A stretch of DNA of 64,000 nucleotides, taken from the NCBI GenBank assembly GCA_965248925.1, contig CBDFLE010000006.1:4448001-4512000 (forward strand). The letters run 5' to 3'. This document shows positions 29,788 to 39,434 of this stretch, piece by piece (within the stretch, counting starts at the first letter, position 1; every line of letters begins with the position of its first letter). The notes below the pieces were generated by a model. It searched no databases. It was given only the letters and a program-made list of their open reading frames with translations, and was not told the DNA's origin. The stretch comes from Candidatus Multivoradales bacterium. GTDB taxonomy: Bacteria > Acidobacteriota > Thermoanaerobaculia > Multivoradales > J023. The translations under genes were made by a program, and so were the position numbers.

Positions 29788-31344
29788 TCAGCTCGGCCTG
29801 GCTCCGCGAGGCGGTAGACCAAGTTGCCGACCTTGGCGGAGCGCGGCCCGGGCGATCTCGACCGCCGTCAGCGTCAGGCCCTCGACGGAATGTTGGGTGT
29901 GGCTCAGCTGTTGCAACGCCGCTGCGGCTATGCGGTTGCTCTTGTTAGCCTCCAGCAAGCGACCCACGGCATTGGCCGCTTTGTGGGCTGTCACTATCTC
30001 GCCGCTCTCCAGCAGCAGGGATAACAGGTCGAGAGTCACAAGAGACCAGTCGAAAACGTTGAGTGGCCACAGCAACTTCTGGGCCTGACGCAAGTAACTC
30101 TCAGCTCCGGCGCTATCCCCCAGGGCGCGTTGGATGCTTCCTCGCAGCCAGTTCGTGGTGCCACTGGCGTAGGGGTCGTAGGCTCCGAGGAGAGGTTGTG
30201 CTGCTTCGTATCGCTCCAGTGCCTCCTCAGGCCGCCCTTGGGTAAGTGCTACCTGAGCAAGCCCCTGGAGGGCACCTAGGCGATTCTGATCATCCTCAGG
30301 GTTGAGCAGAGCGAGGCCATTCTCGAAACTGGTTTGGGCTTTGCTACAACGCCCAACCAACAACAGGGCAGCGCCGCGATCGATGAAGACTTGGCCCAAC
30401 CTAGGAGTATCGGCCCGCTCCAAGTAGATCAGCAGAGCCGCAGTGCTGACCTCGAGGGACTCGGAATAACAGGCGTAAGAGATCAACAGCGTTGCTATCC
30501 GCTGCAGAAGGTCGCCGCGCACAGCTGGCGACGCATCGTCTATGACTAACGCCAGGGCGTGGGCTGCGGTCTCAATCGAACCTGAAAGTCGATGGGCGGA
30601 GGCAAGGCTGCCGGTGATACTGGCGAAGGCGTCGCGAGATTCGGTTGCCGGCAGTTTAGGGCATGCCGATAAGGCTAGATAACGCGCCAGAGCTGCTGCA
30701 TCTCTTGGTTTGGAGAGTCGCAAATCGTCCAGCACATCGGCCGCCAGGTGGACAAAATTGCTGCGTTGGCAAAAATCGTGTTCGAGGTACCCACATCGCT
30801 GATCGAGCGAGCCAGTCGACATCTCGGCGAATAGCATCTCGCGCGTGATCCGGCTAACCGCGGGACTGGCTGGCGGCGAGTCCTTCGGTTCCGTGCTGGG
30901 CAAGCTCTCAGCAACCTCGCGCAGCTGTTGGATTAATGGCGGCTCCTGCTGTTGGTCCAGATGCAAGACTTCGAGTAGCCAGCGGCCAGAGCCGATGGCG
31001 GGCGGATCTGGCGGTGGCGGTCGTTGCAGGCCAAAGGCCTCGCGGAAAAAGTCCTCCGGCAGCTCGCCAAATTCGATGAGTACCTCTCCTAGAGTATCGA
31101 GGGGCATGCCTCGCTTGCTCTTCATCATCCTGGTGAGTCGCCCGCCCTCGCCCATCTTGAGCTTCGTCTGTACTTGTTGGACGCGGCCACGATTTCTCCT
31201 CAGGACCCGCTCTAGCTGGCGGTAAATAAGCTCAGAAGTGGAATTCTTCTGCCTCACGGTTTCTTCCTCCCCGGTTATTTCAGAACGTGCAGAAGTATAG
31301 ACGTTCGGTTCTTCTCTCACCACCATCACCGTTCGCCCGGCCAA
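29788..31344 (-). CDS. N-terminal HTH-like plus TPR-repeat protein (paralog of 59965-61401)
   Basis: Xre-like N-terminus (LTRMMKSKRGMPLDTLGEVL..FGELPEDFF), multiple TPR helices (ALQGLAQVALTQGRPEEALERYEAA); start uncertain. Confidence 0.65.
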   Translation of the reverse strand: MAGRTVMVVREEPNVYTSARSEITGEEETVRQKNSTSELIYRQLERVLRRNRGRVQQVQTKLKMGEGGRLTRMMKSKRGMPLDTLGEVLIEFGELPEDFFREAFGLQRPPPPDPPAIGSGRWLLEVLHLDQQQEPPLIQQLREVAESLPSTEPKDSPPASPAVSRITREMLFAEMSTGSLDQRCGYLEHDFCQRSNFVHLAADVLDDLRLSKPRDAAALARYLALSACPKLPATESRDAFASITGSLASAHRLSGSIETAAHALALVIDDASPAVRGDLLQRIATLLISYACYSESLEVSTAALLIYLERADTPRLGQVFIDRGAALLLVGRCSKAQTSFENGLALLNPEDDQNRLGALQGLAQVALTQGRPEEALERYEAAQPLLGAYDPYASGTTNWLRGSIQRALGDSAGAESYLRQAQKLLWPLNVFDWSLVTLDLLSLLLESGEIVTAHKAANAVGRLLEANKSNRIAAAALQQLSHTQHSVEGLTLTAVEIARAALRQGRQLGLPPRGARPS

Positions 31345-31494
31345 CGGTTGGCCGAATGGGTCGATATCGCCCCTTCTGATGGCGTTCGCAGCTCCTTTTC
31401 TTGGCCAGAATCGCGACTTAGACCGTTCCTCTTGCCTCTGTTCTCACGATTCGCCGAAGCTTCCGACCACAACGCAGGTCAAGAGGAGGCCACC

Positions 31495-31842
31495 ATGTCC
31501 GACGAAATAAAACCCGAGTGCGATGCACCATCCTTCGAAGACACCTTCTGGCGCGACCTGCTGGAGGCTAGCTTTAGAGTCAAGAAGGAACACCGACGAC
31601 TCGGCAGATTGCTCGGCACAGCTCTCAAGAACAACAACCAACTACTGGACGGCCGGTTTGCCAGCCCTGACGGTATCCCCACATCCTCTGATCCCCGCCA
31701 GGTGTTGGTGCATTCCATGATCGTGCTCGAATTCGTGGTCAACAAACTGCGTGACTCGGCCCGAAAGGCCGGAGATGGCAGCCAAGGACCTGCTAGCCAA
31801 GCGGCAGCAGCCGCTCCGCCCAGCGACGGAGACTCGCCGTGA
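31495..31842 (+). CDS. Small helical hypothetical protein divergent from the HTH-TPR gene
   Basis: RBS GAGGAGG before ATG 31495; GTGA overlap with next ORF. Confidence 0.6.
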   Translation: MSDEIKPECDAPSFEDTFWRDLLEASFRVKKEHRRLGRLLGTALKNNNQLLDGRFASPDGIPTSSDPRQVLVHSMIVLEFVVNKLRDSARKAGDGSQGPASQAAAAAPPSDGDSP

Positions 31843-32507
31843 GCCACCAGGCCCCCATCCAACTGGCGGATCTGCGCCGCGCCGGCCTGCTGGCCGTCGA
31901 GCACCAGATCCTCGCTGAACGGGCATTGATGGAACCCTGGCCCAGCGCCCTGCTGGCGCCGATCCCAGCCGGTGCCCGCTGGCAAGGCGACGAAGACCCG
32001 GCGCCGCAGCTCTACCCACTGGGCAGATGGGGCAACCTGATCGCCGATCTACGCCAAGACAGCGATGCCCTGCTGGGCTACATGGCCGCGTCGGATGCGG
32101 ATTTGTGGGAGCAGTGGGATACCCACGCCGCCGATAGCCAATGTCTGCCCAACTGGCACCGTAAGACCGGACCGGAAGTGTGGTTGGTGACCCGTGAGCA
32201 CGACCTGCGGCGGCAAACCTCCCTCGGTGCCGTCGCCCAGCTGATCAAAACCTGGCGGCTGATGCTGAATGCTTGCGACGGCTCAGCGCCCGCCGAACTA
32301 CTGGTCAGCGTGCGGGATCTGATTACCGAGTTGCTGCTCTTTGCCCGCGCACCCCAAGAACCCATTTCAACCAGCGCCCTGAGCGACTGCACAGGCGTTA
32401 CGAGCCTTGGCGATAGCGCCGCACCCCGCGGCGCTATCGCCCTTCAAACCCGGTTCGGGGGTTGCCACCATGGCCCCCGAACCGGGTCCTTTTTCAACCG
32501 CTTGTAG
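31839..32507 (+). CDS. Hypothetical protein
   Basis: Translationally coupled ORF in operon; no recognised motif. Confidence 0.5.
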   Translation: MSHQAPIQLADLRRAGLLAVEHQILAERALMEPWPSALLAPIPAGARWQGDEDPAPQLYPLGRWGNLIADLRQDSDALLGYMAASDADLWEQWDTHAADSQCLPNWHRKTGPEVWLVTREHDLRRQTSLGAVAQLIKTWRLMLNACDGSAPAELLVSVRDLITELLLFARAPQEPISTSALSDCTGVTSLGDSAAPRGAIALQTRFGGCHHGPRTGSFFNRL

Positions 32508-32520
32508 GCAGGACTCAACA

Positions 32521-32832
32521 ATGAAACCAGAGCGCATTCAACTCGGCATGAAAGACCTTTCTCATTGGCGGCAGGAGGGCGACTCAGCAACGTTTGTTTG
32601 CTCGCTGCAATTTGACGATCAGCAGGCGGCGCAAGATTTCTTGATAACAATGCTGAAGATGGCGCGGAACTTGAGCGTCGAACTCGATGTCAACCTGCGC
32701 GGTCTTAGTCTCACCCTGATTCTGCCGGCAACCCGCGAGAAGCTCAGGGAAGGCCATCTGCTACTGGCGCGCGGGGTCGAAAGCCTGGCCGGCTTGTCCG
32801 ACCAGGGCACGCGGTCCGAGGAGACGCCTTGA
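32521..32832 (+). CDS. Pterin-4a-carbinolamine dehydratase (PCD)-like fold protein, degenerate
   Basis: MKPERIQ..L..W......F.D..AA.DF...LAR pattern of the PCD fold, without the HHP catalytic motif. Confidence 0.5.
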   Translation: MKPERIQLGMKDLSHWRQEGDSATFVCSLQFDDQQAAQDFLITMLKMARNLSVELDVNLRGLSLTLILPATREKLREGHLLLARGVESLAGLSDQGTRSEETP

Positions 32833-33554
32833 ACGGCTTGGCAATATTTCCTTGTGCCATGAGCGCGGGCGGGATGGCCGGCGCCGCAGCTGACCAGTCC
32901 GCTCAGCGGTCGACGAGTGGATTGAAGCCCAAGGATCGGCTGCTGCGGCACGGGGCGGCTGGGTTGACGGATACCGAGCTAATAGCGGTGCTGCTGCGTT
33001 ACCCCTCGGTGGAGGATGTGGCAGTTGGCCTGCTGCCAACCATTGGCGGGCTCTGGGAGCTGTTCTGCGCCGAGCGAGTGGCATTGGTGCGCAGCGGTGC
33101 CAGCGCGGGGCGAGCGGCTGTTCTGATGGCGGCGGGAGAGCTGATGCGGCGGCTGGCGGCAGCCAAGATCAGCCATCGCCGGCTGCTCGACCAGCCCGCG
33201 GTAGTCGCTGAGTTCCTGGCCCTGGATAGCAACTACGAGCAAGAGGTTCTTGGTGTGCTACTGCTCGATATGAGACACAGACTAATCGCCAAGTGCGAGA
33301 TATTTCGCGGCACAGCGCACCGATCACCGGCCACGCCAGCACCGATTCTTCGTGCCGCGATACGGCACAGCGCTAGCTCATTGATCGCATTTCACAACCA
33401 CCCTAGAGGCGACCCTTCGCCAAGCGCCAACGATCTGTCGTTCACTCGCCAGTTGGCCGGGGCGGGTAAGTTGTTGGCAATACCCTTGGTCGATCACCTA
33501 ATTCTCGGCGAATGTGGAAGTTGGGTTTCGCTGGCGCGGCACAATGCTTATTAG
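32829..33554 (+). CDS. radC: RadC/JAB domain protein (UPF0758)
   Basis: PKDRLLRHGAAGLTDTELIAVLL; HNHPRGDPSPSAND; LVDHLILG. Confidence 0.9.
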   Translation: MNGLAIFPCAMSAGGMAGAAADQSAQRSTSGLKPKDRLLRHGAAGLTDTELIAVLLRYPSVEDVAVGLLPTIGGLWELFCAERVALVRSGASAGRAAVLMAAGELMRRLAAAKISHRRLLDQPAVVAEFLALDSNYEQEVLGVLLLDMRHRLIAKCEIFRGTAHRSPATPAPILRAAIRHSASSLIAFHNHPRGDPSPSANDLSFTRQLAGAGKLLAIPLVDHLILGECGSWVSLARHNAY

Positions 33555-33615
33555 GCGGACAATTCGAATTCTAGGGGCTTCGGCACCGGTGACGAAACCT
33601 AGAGCAGCAGGGTTA

Positions 33616-34037
33616 GAGTCCTCAAGCGCTCGACAGCAGGCTCGATAGGCGCTGATCGCGCAAGGCCCCAACCCGCGGTGCCGGCAGCGCCAGGATCGGC
33701 AGCTGACGACGCCTTTGCTCCAGGCGGTGGCGGCGTTGGCGAATCTCCTCGACGGCTTGGGGGCCGTTGGCACGCAACTCGCGGGCGCTGAGGTGGCAAA
33801 CCTCGAGTAGCAGGCCGGCGCGGTGCCGCAGAGTGTCTTCCAGGTCGTCGAGCTGGACGGCGCGAGCCAGGGTCAAGGTGGCGGCTTCGAGATCTCCTCG
33901 GTCGATCAGCACTGCACCGCGATGGATCGCCGCCAACCCGGCGTCAGGATCGAGTTTGGTGGCCAGCGTGAACTCGCGGTGGGCGTCCTGCGGTTTCTGC
34001 TGGCGGCGGCAGAGCGGTGGAGCGACGAGGCTGGCAC
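33616..34037 (-). repeat. Copy B: mosaic 5'-truncated copy of the TPR chaperone gene 3' part
   Basis: 33616-33850 nearly identical to 39431 onward; 33850-34037 nearly identical to 23120-23306. Confidence 0.9.
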
Positions 34038-34185
34038 CAGATTCGGGGGCTCGATCGAGACAAGTCGGCGGGGATGATGATGCCGGTTGGCGGGATTGGA
34101 GGACGGCACTGTTCTGCGCATTACACCAACTACGTACGCTTTCCTGCAGCCGCCAGCATTCCTGGCACCTGTTTCTGTTTCTGGC

Positions 34186-34971
34186 CTAAATCCCGGGCAG
34201 CGACCGGGGGCGAGACATGAATCGCCCTTGCGGGTCGGGCGCCGATCGCTTGTAGTCCGGATTCGGTAGAAAGGCCGCCGCGTCAGGAGCGACGACCTCG
34301 ATCTTCTCCAAGACCCGGGTAAAGGAGTACCGACGCTGACCCCTGCGGCTGTCGATCCGCCAGCGGAGGGGGAAACCGCCGATCTCCGACAAGTGCTGCC
34401 AGAGCTGCTCCCTACCAGGAATCAACTCACTCTCTACCGCCACGAGCCGCCAATAGAGCGCCGCCTCGGGAAATGGCCCGAGCGTCAAGCAAGCCGTAAC
34501 TTCCTCCACCACACGACCCTCAAGAGCACGAAACCGAACCGAGTGGTCCCGGCACTCGTACCCCGCGATCGTCGTCGACTCCTCGGCGGCAGAGGTGTCG
34601 ACGATCTCGATCGACACCTCGTCGTGGAGCTGGCGATAGGCTTCGACGAGTTTGTCAGCGAGGAGCTTGTCCCGGTGAACCGGGAGGTCGAATTCGAACG
34701 TTTCCTTCAGGGCATGGTCGACCAGAAGAGCCTTCCCCGCTGCGGCATCGAGGATCAGACTCTCGCGGCCCATCTCTTTCCGAATTCGGGTCTCGGAAAC
34801 GACCACATCGAAATCGCGGCCAGCGACGTCGACCCCGTCTTCTTCGACGACGCGGTAGTGAAAGATCTTCTGCTCACCTTCGGCAGGAACTCCGGAGGCC
34901 ATCGCTAGCAGGACTATGGAAATGAGCGCCTTCAAGGGGTGGCCGTTTCCAGCGATGATGCGCTCTGCCAT
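34186..34971 (-). CDS. Secreted DUF4412-like protein
   Basis: Signal peptide; LILD......LLVDH..K, TIAGYEC, GGFPLR, FLPNPDYK. Confidence 0.6.
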   Translation of the reverse strand: MAERIIAGNGHPLKALISIVLLAMASGVPAEGEQKIFHYRVVEEDGVDVAGRDFDVVVSETRIRKEMGRESLILDAAAGKALLVDHALKETFEFDLPVHRDKLLADKLVEAYRQLHDEVSIEIVDTSAAEESTTIAGYECRDHSVRFRALEGRVVEEVTACLTLGPFPEAALYWRLVAVESELIPGREQLWQHLSEIGGFPLRWRIDSRRGQRRYSFTRVLEKIEVVAPDAAAFLPNPDYKRSAPDPQGRFMSRPRSLPGI

Positions 34972-35372
34972 GCGCTACCTACGGCGGCCGAAGTCGGCTC
35001 TTCGCCGACCGTCGGAGCCGCGACGCTATCGTGCGTCGAGCCCGTACAGGCCGCCACCGGGGCGCCACCGGTGCTTCTCCCCAAGTTTTCTGGGCCGTGA
35101 GACCCCGCGGTATGACAGCTGAGAGTCCCAACGCAGAAACCAAACACCACATGGCAGGCGGTGTAGCCGCTCTGCCCCAAGCTTAGACATGCCGTTACGT
35201 TCTCACAAACGCCCGTTCCGGGAATGGGCCAGCAGAAAGTGTAGCAATCTTCACAGTCGGTACCCTCGTAATACGGCGGGAACCGGGGCGGATTGCTCTG
35301 CGCGCTCAGCAAGACTGGCAAGAGGACGCTCAACACCAAGACGACCGACACGACTTTCCACTTTTTCGACAT
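34932..35372 (-). CDS. Small secreted Cys-rich peptide/protein
   Basis: RBS AGGAG; signal MSKKWKVVSVVLVLSVLLPVLLSA; 8 Cys within about 50 residues. Confidence 0.65.
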   Translation of the reverse strand: MSKKWKVVSVVLVLSVLLPVLLSAQSNPPRFPPYYEGTDCEDCYTFCWPIPGTGVCENVTACLSLGQSGYTACHVVFGFCVGTLSCHTAGSHGPENLGRSTGGAPVAACTGSTHDSVAAPTVGEEPTSAAVGSAWQSASSLETATP

Positions 35373-35400
35373 CTTCGATACTCCTAGATTTCGATTCCCT

Positions 35401-37650
35401 TTATTCGGACGCGAGCAGGGGAGACCGCAGGGTCAGGCTGGAGCCTCCCAGCAAGTACCCCTCGACACAAGTACGGCCAGCTTCTTCCTCGGTATCTATA
35501 GGCCAGCAGGCCTCGTAGGCGCCGGGCGGCATCGATGGCACCTCGACCCTCAGCCCCGAGTCGAAGACCTGATTCTGCGCCGCCCATCGTTGGAGAAACG
35601 ATAGCGGAAACCCCGATTCCCCGGCGAAGATGACGATCGGCTGGGTCATGACCGTGGGTTCCCGATCGAGCTCCAGGATCAGGGTTCCGGAGGTTCGCGA
35701 AAGCTCTACCTGCACCGTCTTCGAGAACTCCGACCTGACCTTCCGGCGATACAGCGCGAATCCAGGCACCTGGACGGTCAGCTCGATCCGCCCGCCGCGC
35801 GGTACCGCCACTTCGAACTCGCCGGCTTCGGAGCTGACGGCAGCCGTAAACAGCAGCCCCGGGCTGCCGTCTTCGCGCAGCGGCAAGACGCTGATCTCCG
35901 CCCCGGCAACAGGACCCATCGACGCTTCGATCACAACACCCGAGAGGTGCATCGGCGGCCGTAGATCGAGCACGACCGGCAAGTCGCCACCGTCCACGAG
36001 TTCCGCCGTGATCTGTGCACTGGACCATCGCTCGCCCTCGATGGACCGAAAAGCCTGTACCTTGTACTTGCCCGCCGGCAGACCCGCAAACTCGAACTGA
36101 CCCTCTTCATCGCTGTTCAGATGGGAGACCGGCTCGCCGCTCTGTTCGGAAACCAAGAGCACCGCCGCCCGGGCGATCAACGCTCCGTCGGGATCGACCG
36201 TCTGGCCGCGCAAGGACGTCGCCGGTAGATCGATCGTGAGTTCGGCGATTTCTGCCTGGGCTTCGACGTCGACCTCCCGCAGGCGCCGGAACACCGAGGG
36301 CTCGACGGCTCGCACATCGACCGGCCAGGAACCGGCCCGAGGCAGAGTCACCCGAAAACGCCCTTCGATAGAGCTGTAGGTCTTGACCTTAAGGGCGTTC
36401 GACTGGCCACCGAAGAAGAGTGTCGCCGCCAATGGCTTGCCGCCGAGGGTCACGATCCCTTCGACGATCACTTTGCCGACCTCAACGGTGACTGTCTGGC
36501 TCTTGGTCAAGTGCAACTTCTGTTGCGCCACCCCGTTGTTCTGATGATCGAATACCACCAGAGCATAGGAGCCCGCTGCCAGGGGCCCAAACCTCGACAC
36601 GCCGTCAGCATCGACCGACTTGCGTCTCTGGAACTCGGATCGGCCGGGACTGACCACGAGTACCTGCCAAAGCTCGTCTTGGCCATCGGCCGACGGGTCG
36701 ATCTTTACTGTCAACTGCAAAGGCCGTCGCAGCAACAGAGGCTCGGGGAGGTTCGCCGTCTCGCCGTCTCCCAGGTCCAATCGGGCACCACGGCTAGGCG
36801 AGAAACCATGCTGTACAACCTCAACGAAAAAGGGACCGGGTGCCAGGCCTTGGAGGTGGAAATAACCGTCTTCCGTGGGTTGGGCCGACCTCAAGATATT
36901 CCGCGGATTCGGCGGCGCCGAGCCGTCACTCTGCGATGCCGACCCGCTGATCGCGCGCACGACGGTCGTTGCATCGAGCGCCGTGCCGTCGGTGGTCCTG
37001 ACCTCTCCCACCACCCGGCCACCCAGCTTCAGCGGCAGAGTGCCGACATCGAGGTCCTGACCTGCCGCGAGACGTTGATCCCACAGGAAATGGGACCGGT
37101 AGCCCGCCGGTTCTAAGCGAAGGTGCGAGGCCGCTGCCGGCACTCGGCAACTCCATCGCCGCTGGTCGACCCGGCAATCGACCACGCCCGAAGGGACGTT
37201 CGCCTGCGGATCGTCGGCCTCTGCGGCGATGGTAACTTTGGCCTTGAGTCCGGTCGGCAGCGCCATTCCCAATCCTGGCTCGAAGGTCCCGTGGACCCAA
37301 CCGGCTGGAAAGAGCGGCAGGGTAACGTTGCCCAGGCTACAGGACACTTGATTGTCCGGCGCCCAGAGCGTTTCTGACTGCAGATCTATCTGCCAAATAC
37401 CTTGCAGCGGAACTTCGATCGTCGGATCCGCCGAGGAGTCGGAGAGCCGGATCTCCGATCGATGGGAGTGGGCCGCGGTCGCGGCGGACAAGGGCCGTAA
37501 GGAGAGAGTGATCGGGCTGGGAGACGACAAGTCGACCCTGTCGAGATCCAAGCTAACTTGGCACACCCCATCTCGCTGCTCTACCGCCGCGCTGGCGCAG
37601 AGCGCGACACCCAGGGCAAAGGCCAAAAATGATTTCATCAGTCGACTCAC
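35401..37650 (-). CDS. Secreted carboxypeptidase-regulatory-like (repeated beta-sandwich) domain protein
   Basis: Signal peptide; repeated G.V...DG......V.....SDEEGQFEFAGLPAGKYKV units. Confidence 0.75.
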   Translation of the reverse strand: MSRLMKSFLAFALGVALCASAAVEQRDGVCQVSLDLDRVDLSSPSPITLSLRPLSAATAAHSHRSEIRLSDSSADPTIEVPLQGIWQIDLQSETLWAPDNQVSCSLGNVTLPLFPAGWVHGTFEPGLGMALPTGLKAKVTIAAEADDPQANVPSGVVDCRVDQRRWSCRVPAAASHLRLEPAGYRSHFLWDQRLAAGQDLDVGTLPLKLGGRVVGEVRTTDGTALDATTVVRAISGSASQSDGSAPPNPRNILRSAQPTEDGYFHLQGLAPGPFFVEVVQHGFSPSRGARLDLGDGETANLPEPLLLRRPLQLTVKIDPSADGQDELWQVLVVSPGRSEFQRRKSVDADGVSRFGPLAAGSYALVVFDHQNNGVAQQKLHLTKSQTVTVEVGKVIVEGIVTLGGKPLAATLFFGGQSNALKVKTYSSIEGRFRVTLPRAGSWPVDVRAVEPSVFRRLREVDVEAQAEIAELTIDLPATSLRGQTVDPDGALIARAAVLLVSEQSGEPVSHLNSDEEGQFEFAGLPAGKYKVQAFRSIEGERWSSAQITAELVDGGDLPVVLDLRPPMHLSGVVIEASMGPVAGAEISVLPLREDGSPGLLFTAAVSSEAGEFEVAVPRGGRIELTVQVPGFALYRRKVRSEFSKTVQVELSRTSGTLILELDREPTVMTQPIVIFAGESGFPLSFLQRWAAQNQVFDSGLRVEVPSMPPGAYEACWPIDTEEEAGRTCVEGYLLGGSSLTLRSPLLASE

Positions 37651-37771
37651 AAATAATCTCTTGAAAAGGCTGTCAGGGGCCGCGGGGATGAATCTTCGCG
37701 CGGCCGTCTCAAGGCTATCTTAAGCTGGACCTCATCAGGACACATCGTTAACAAACGCTATCACGACGCAG

Positions 37772-38040
37772 GGTATTGTCAACTTGTCCGATATCAGCGC
37801 GAACCTGGCCGCGAAGCGTGCCCAGGTGACTTCCCACTCCACTGGCGAATCGTCTCGCAGGAAACAATCACCCCGCGTTCAGCGAGCAGATCTTCAACGT
37901 CACGGACGCTCAGGCAGAAGCGGTAGTAGAGCCAGACGTCGTGGCTGATGGCCGCCGGCGGGAAGCAGTAGCTTCCGTAGCTGGGAGCGGGCTCGTTCAT
38001 GGGGCTACTCTGGCCAGCTCGGGCCGAAGTTGACAGTACC
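37772..38040 (-). mobile_element. Internally deleted IS6-family element (269 bp) with terminal inverted repeats
   Basis: IRs ggtattgtcaactt (37772-37785) and aagttgacagtacc (38027-38040), 1 mismatch; ORF fragment FPPAAISHDVWLYYRFCLSVRDVEDLLAERGVIVSCETIRQW matches the IS6 transposase N-terminus. Confidence 0.85.
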
Positions 38041-38055
38041 GGCCCCGAAGCGGGT

Positions 38056-38095
38056 GGCACCCGTATCGGCACCCGTATCGGCACCTGTTTCGGCA
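38056..38095. repeat. 12-bp tandem repeat (3 copies)
   Basis: ggcacccgtatc ggcacccgtatc ggcacctgtttc. Confidence 0.8.
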
Positions 38096-38168
38096 GGCTC
38101 GATGTTGCTTGGAAACCGCCAGCATCTCCTGCTAGGGGTCGACAGCTCTAAGGTACTCTCTCGGCACC

Positions 38169-39330
38169 TTATGGGCCCAATTCTTCTGCTCGAGGCTCGG
38201 CCAACGGTGGGAACAGCTTGACCCCGAGCTGCCGCAGGTCCTGTGGCCCCGGCACCCAGCTGGGGTCGGTCCAGAGCAGGTAGAGCCGCCGCTTGCCAGG
38301 TTCGACCCGAGCCAGCTCTATTTCCAGGAAGCCAGCCTCTTCGAAGACCCAATGACTCAGTGATTGGCCATCGTCGACCGTTACTGTCAGTGGCAGATCG
38401 GCGGCGTTTGCCATGCAGGCCAGTCGCAGTCTGGGCGTCTGGGGCTCGCTTCCCTCTCCCTCGACGGTTACCGCTGCCACCGCACCTCCTCGAGTCCAGC
38501 GATCGGCGGTCAGGTTGACTGCCAGGATACGCCGGTCGCCGATGGGGATCGGATCGAAAAGCCCCCGTTCGACGATGTCGCGGCCCAGAGCGCCCCGCGC
38601 CTCGCTATCGCCTGATTTTCGCAGGCGCAGCACGCGCTCACCAATGGCCTCGCCAGCCGCCATGCCGGTGCTGCGGTAGAGCTGAAAGCCAGTGAAGGCA
38701 AATCGACCGTCGCGGACAAAACGACCCTGAGCAACGGCCTCGAGCACCACCTGCTTCGATCGGCCAAGGCGGATCGTGGACTAGGACGGCGTCAGCTGCC
38801 GAGTTTTCGAGCCAGGCTGAGAAGTCGCGTTGGGCGAGAAAAGCCGAGCGGTGGGGTGTCACCAGCCCCAGCATGTCGATGATCGGCAGCCGTGAATGCC
38901 AGCCCAGGGTACCGATTTCGGCCGCCGCCAAGCGAGTCTCGGTGGCCGAATTCTGCCGTATCCACTGGCCTATCGAGCGATAGACCGGAGTCACCCGACA
39001 GTTGGCTACTTGGCGCTCGGTCAGCCACCACGAACAACCGATCAGAAGGACTACACTGGCGATTACTAGCTGCCAGAAGCAAACGGCCAGCGCCACTCCG
39101 CCGCGGCCCACATCTCCCATCTGCCAGGCCGCGGCGATCGAAAGATAGGTGAACTGCGGGGAGGTCAGCGCGTTGTAGGTCTCCCCCGGGTTGTCGACCA
39201 ACCCGTGACCTTGCAGCAAGTTACGAACAAAACGCTGATAGATCAGCGCGTCGTCGAGTTCAAAAAAGCGGTTGAGATAGCTAAAGCGAAGGCAGACCAA
39301 GAGGGCCAGGGCGAGCAAACAACGCCCGAT
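38169..39330 (-). pseudogene. Decayed integral-membrane (GT-C-like) glycosyltransferase
   Basis: DDALIYQRFVRNLLQGHGLVDNPGETYNALTSP and AAEIGTLGW...IIDMLGLVTP motifs with most intervening TM helices missing; frame change near 38750. Confidence 0.6.
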
Positions 39331-39434
39331 CCACCGCTCGCGCGAAGTTGGGGTCGGCACGGACCCAGATCGATGCTCAGGCACGGGGCCTTTTGAGGCT
39401 GTTCTTGGGGAGTGTCCTGGCAGGAGGTCGGTCC

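Noticed and set aside
22885-34037. Diversity-generating retroelement template/variable repeats
   Set aside because: No reverse transcriptase, and differences among copies are not adenine-specific
34105-34113. ggcactgtt resembling an IS6/IS26 inverted-repeat start
   Set aside because: Only 9 bp, diverges from the 14-bp IR seen at 37772/38040, and has no partner
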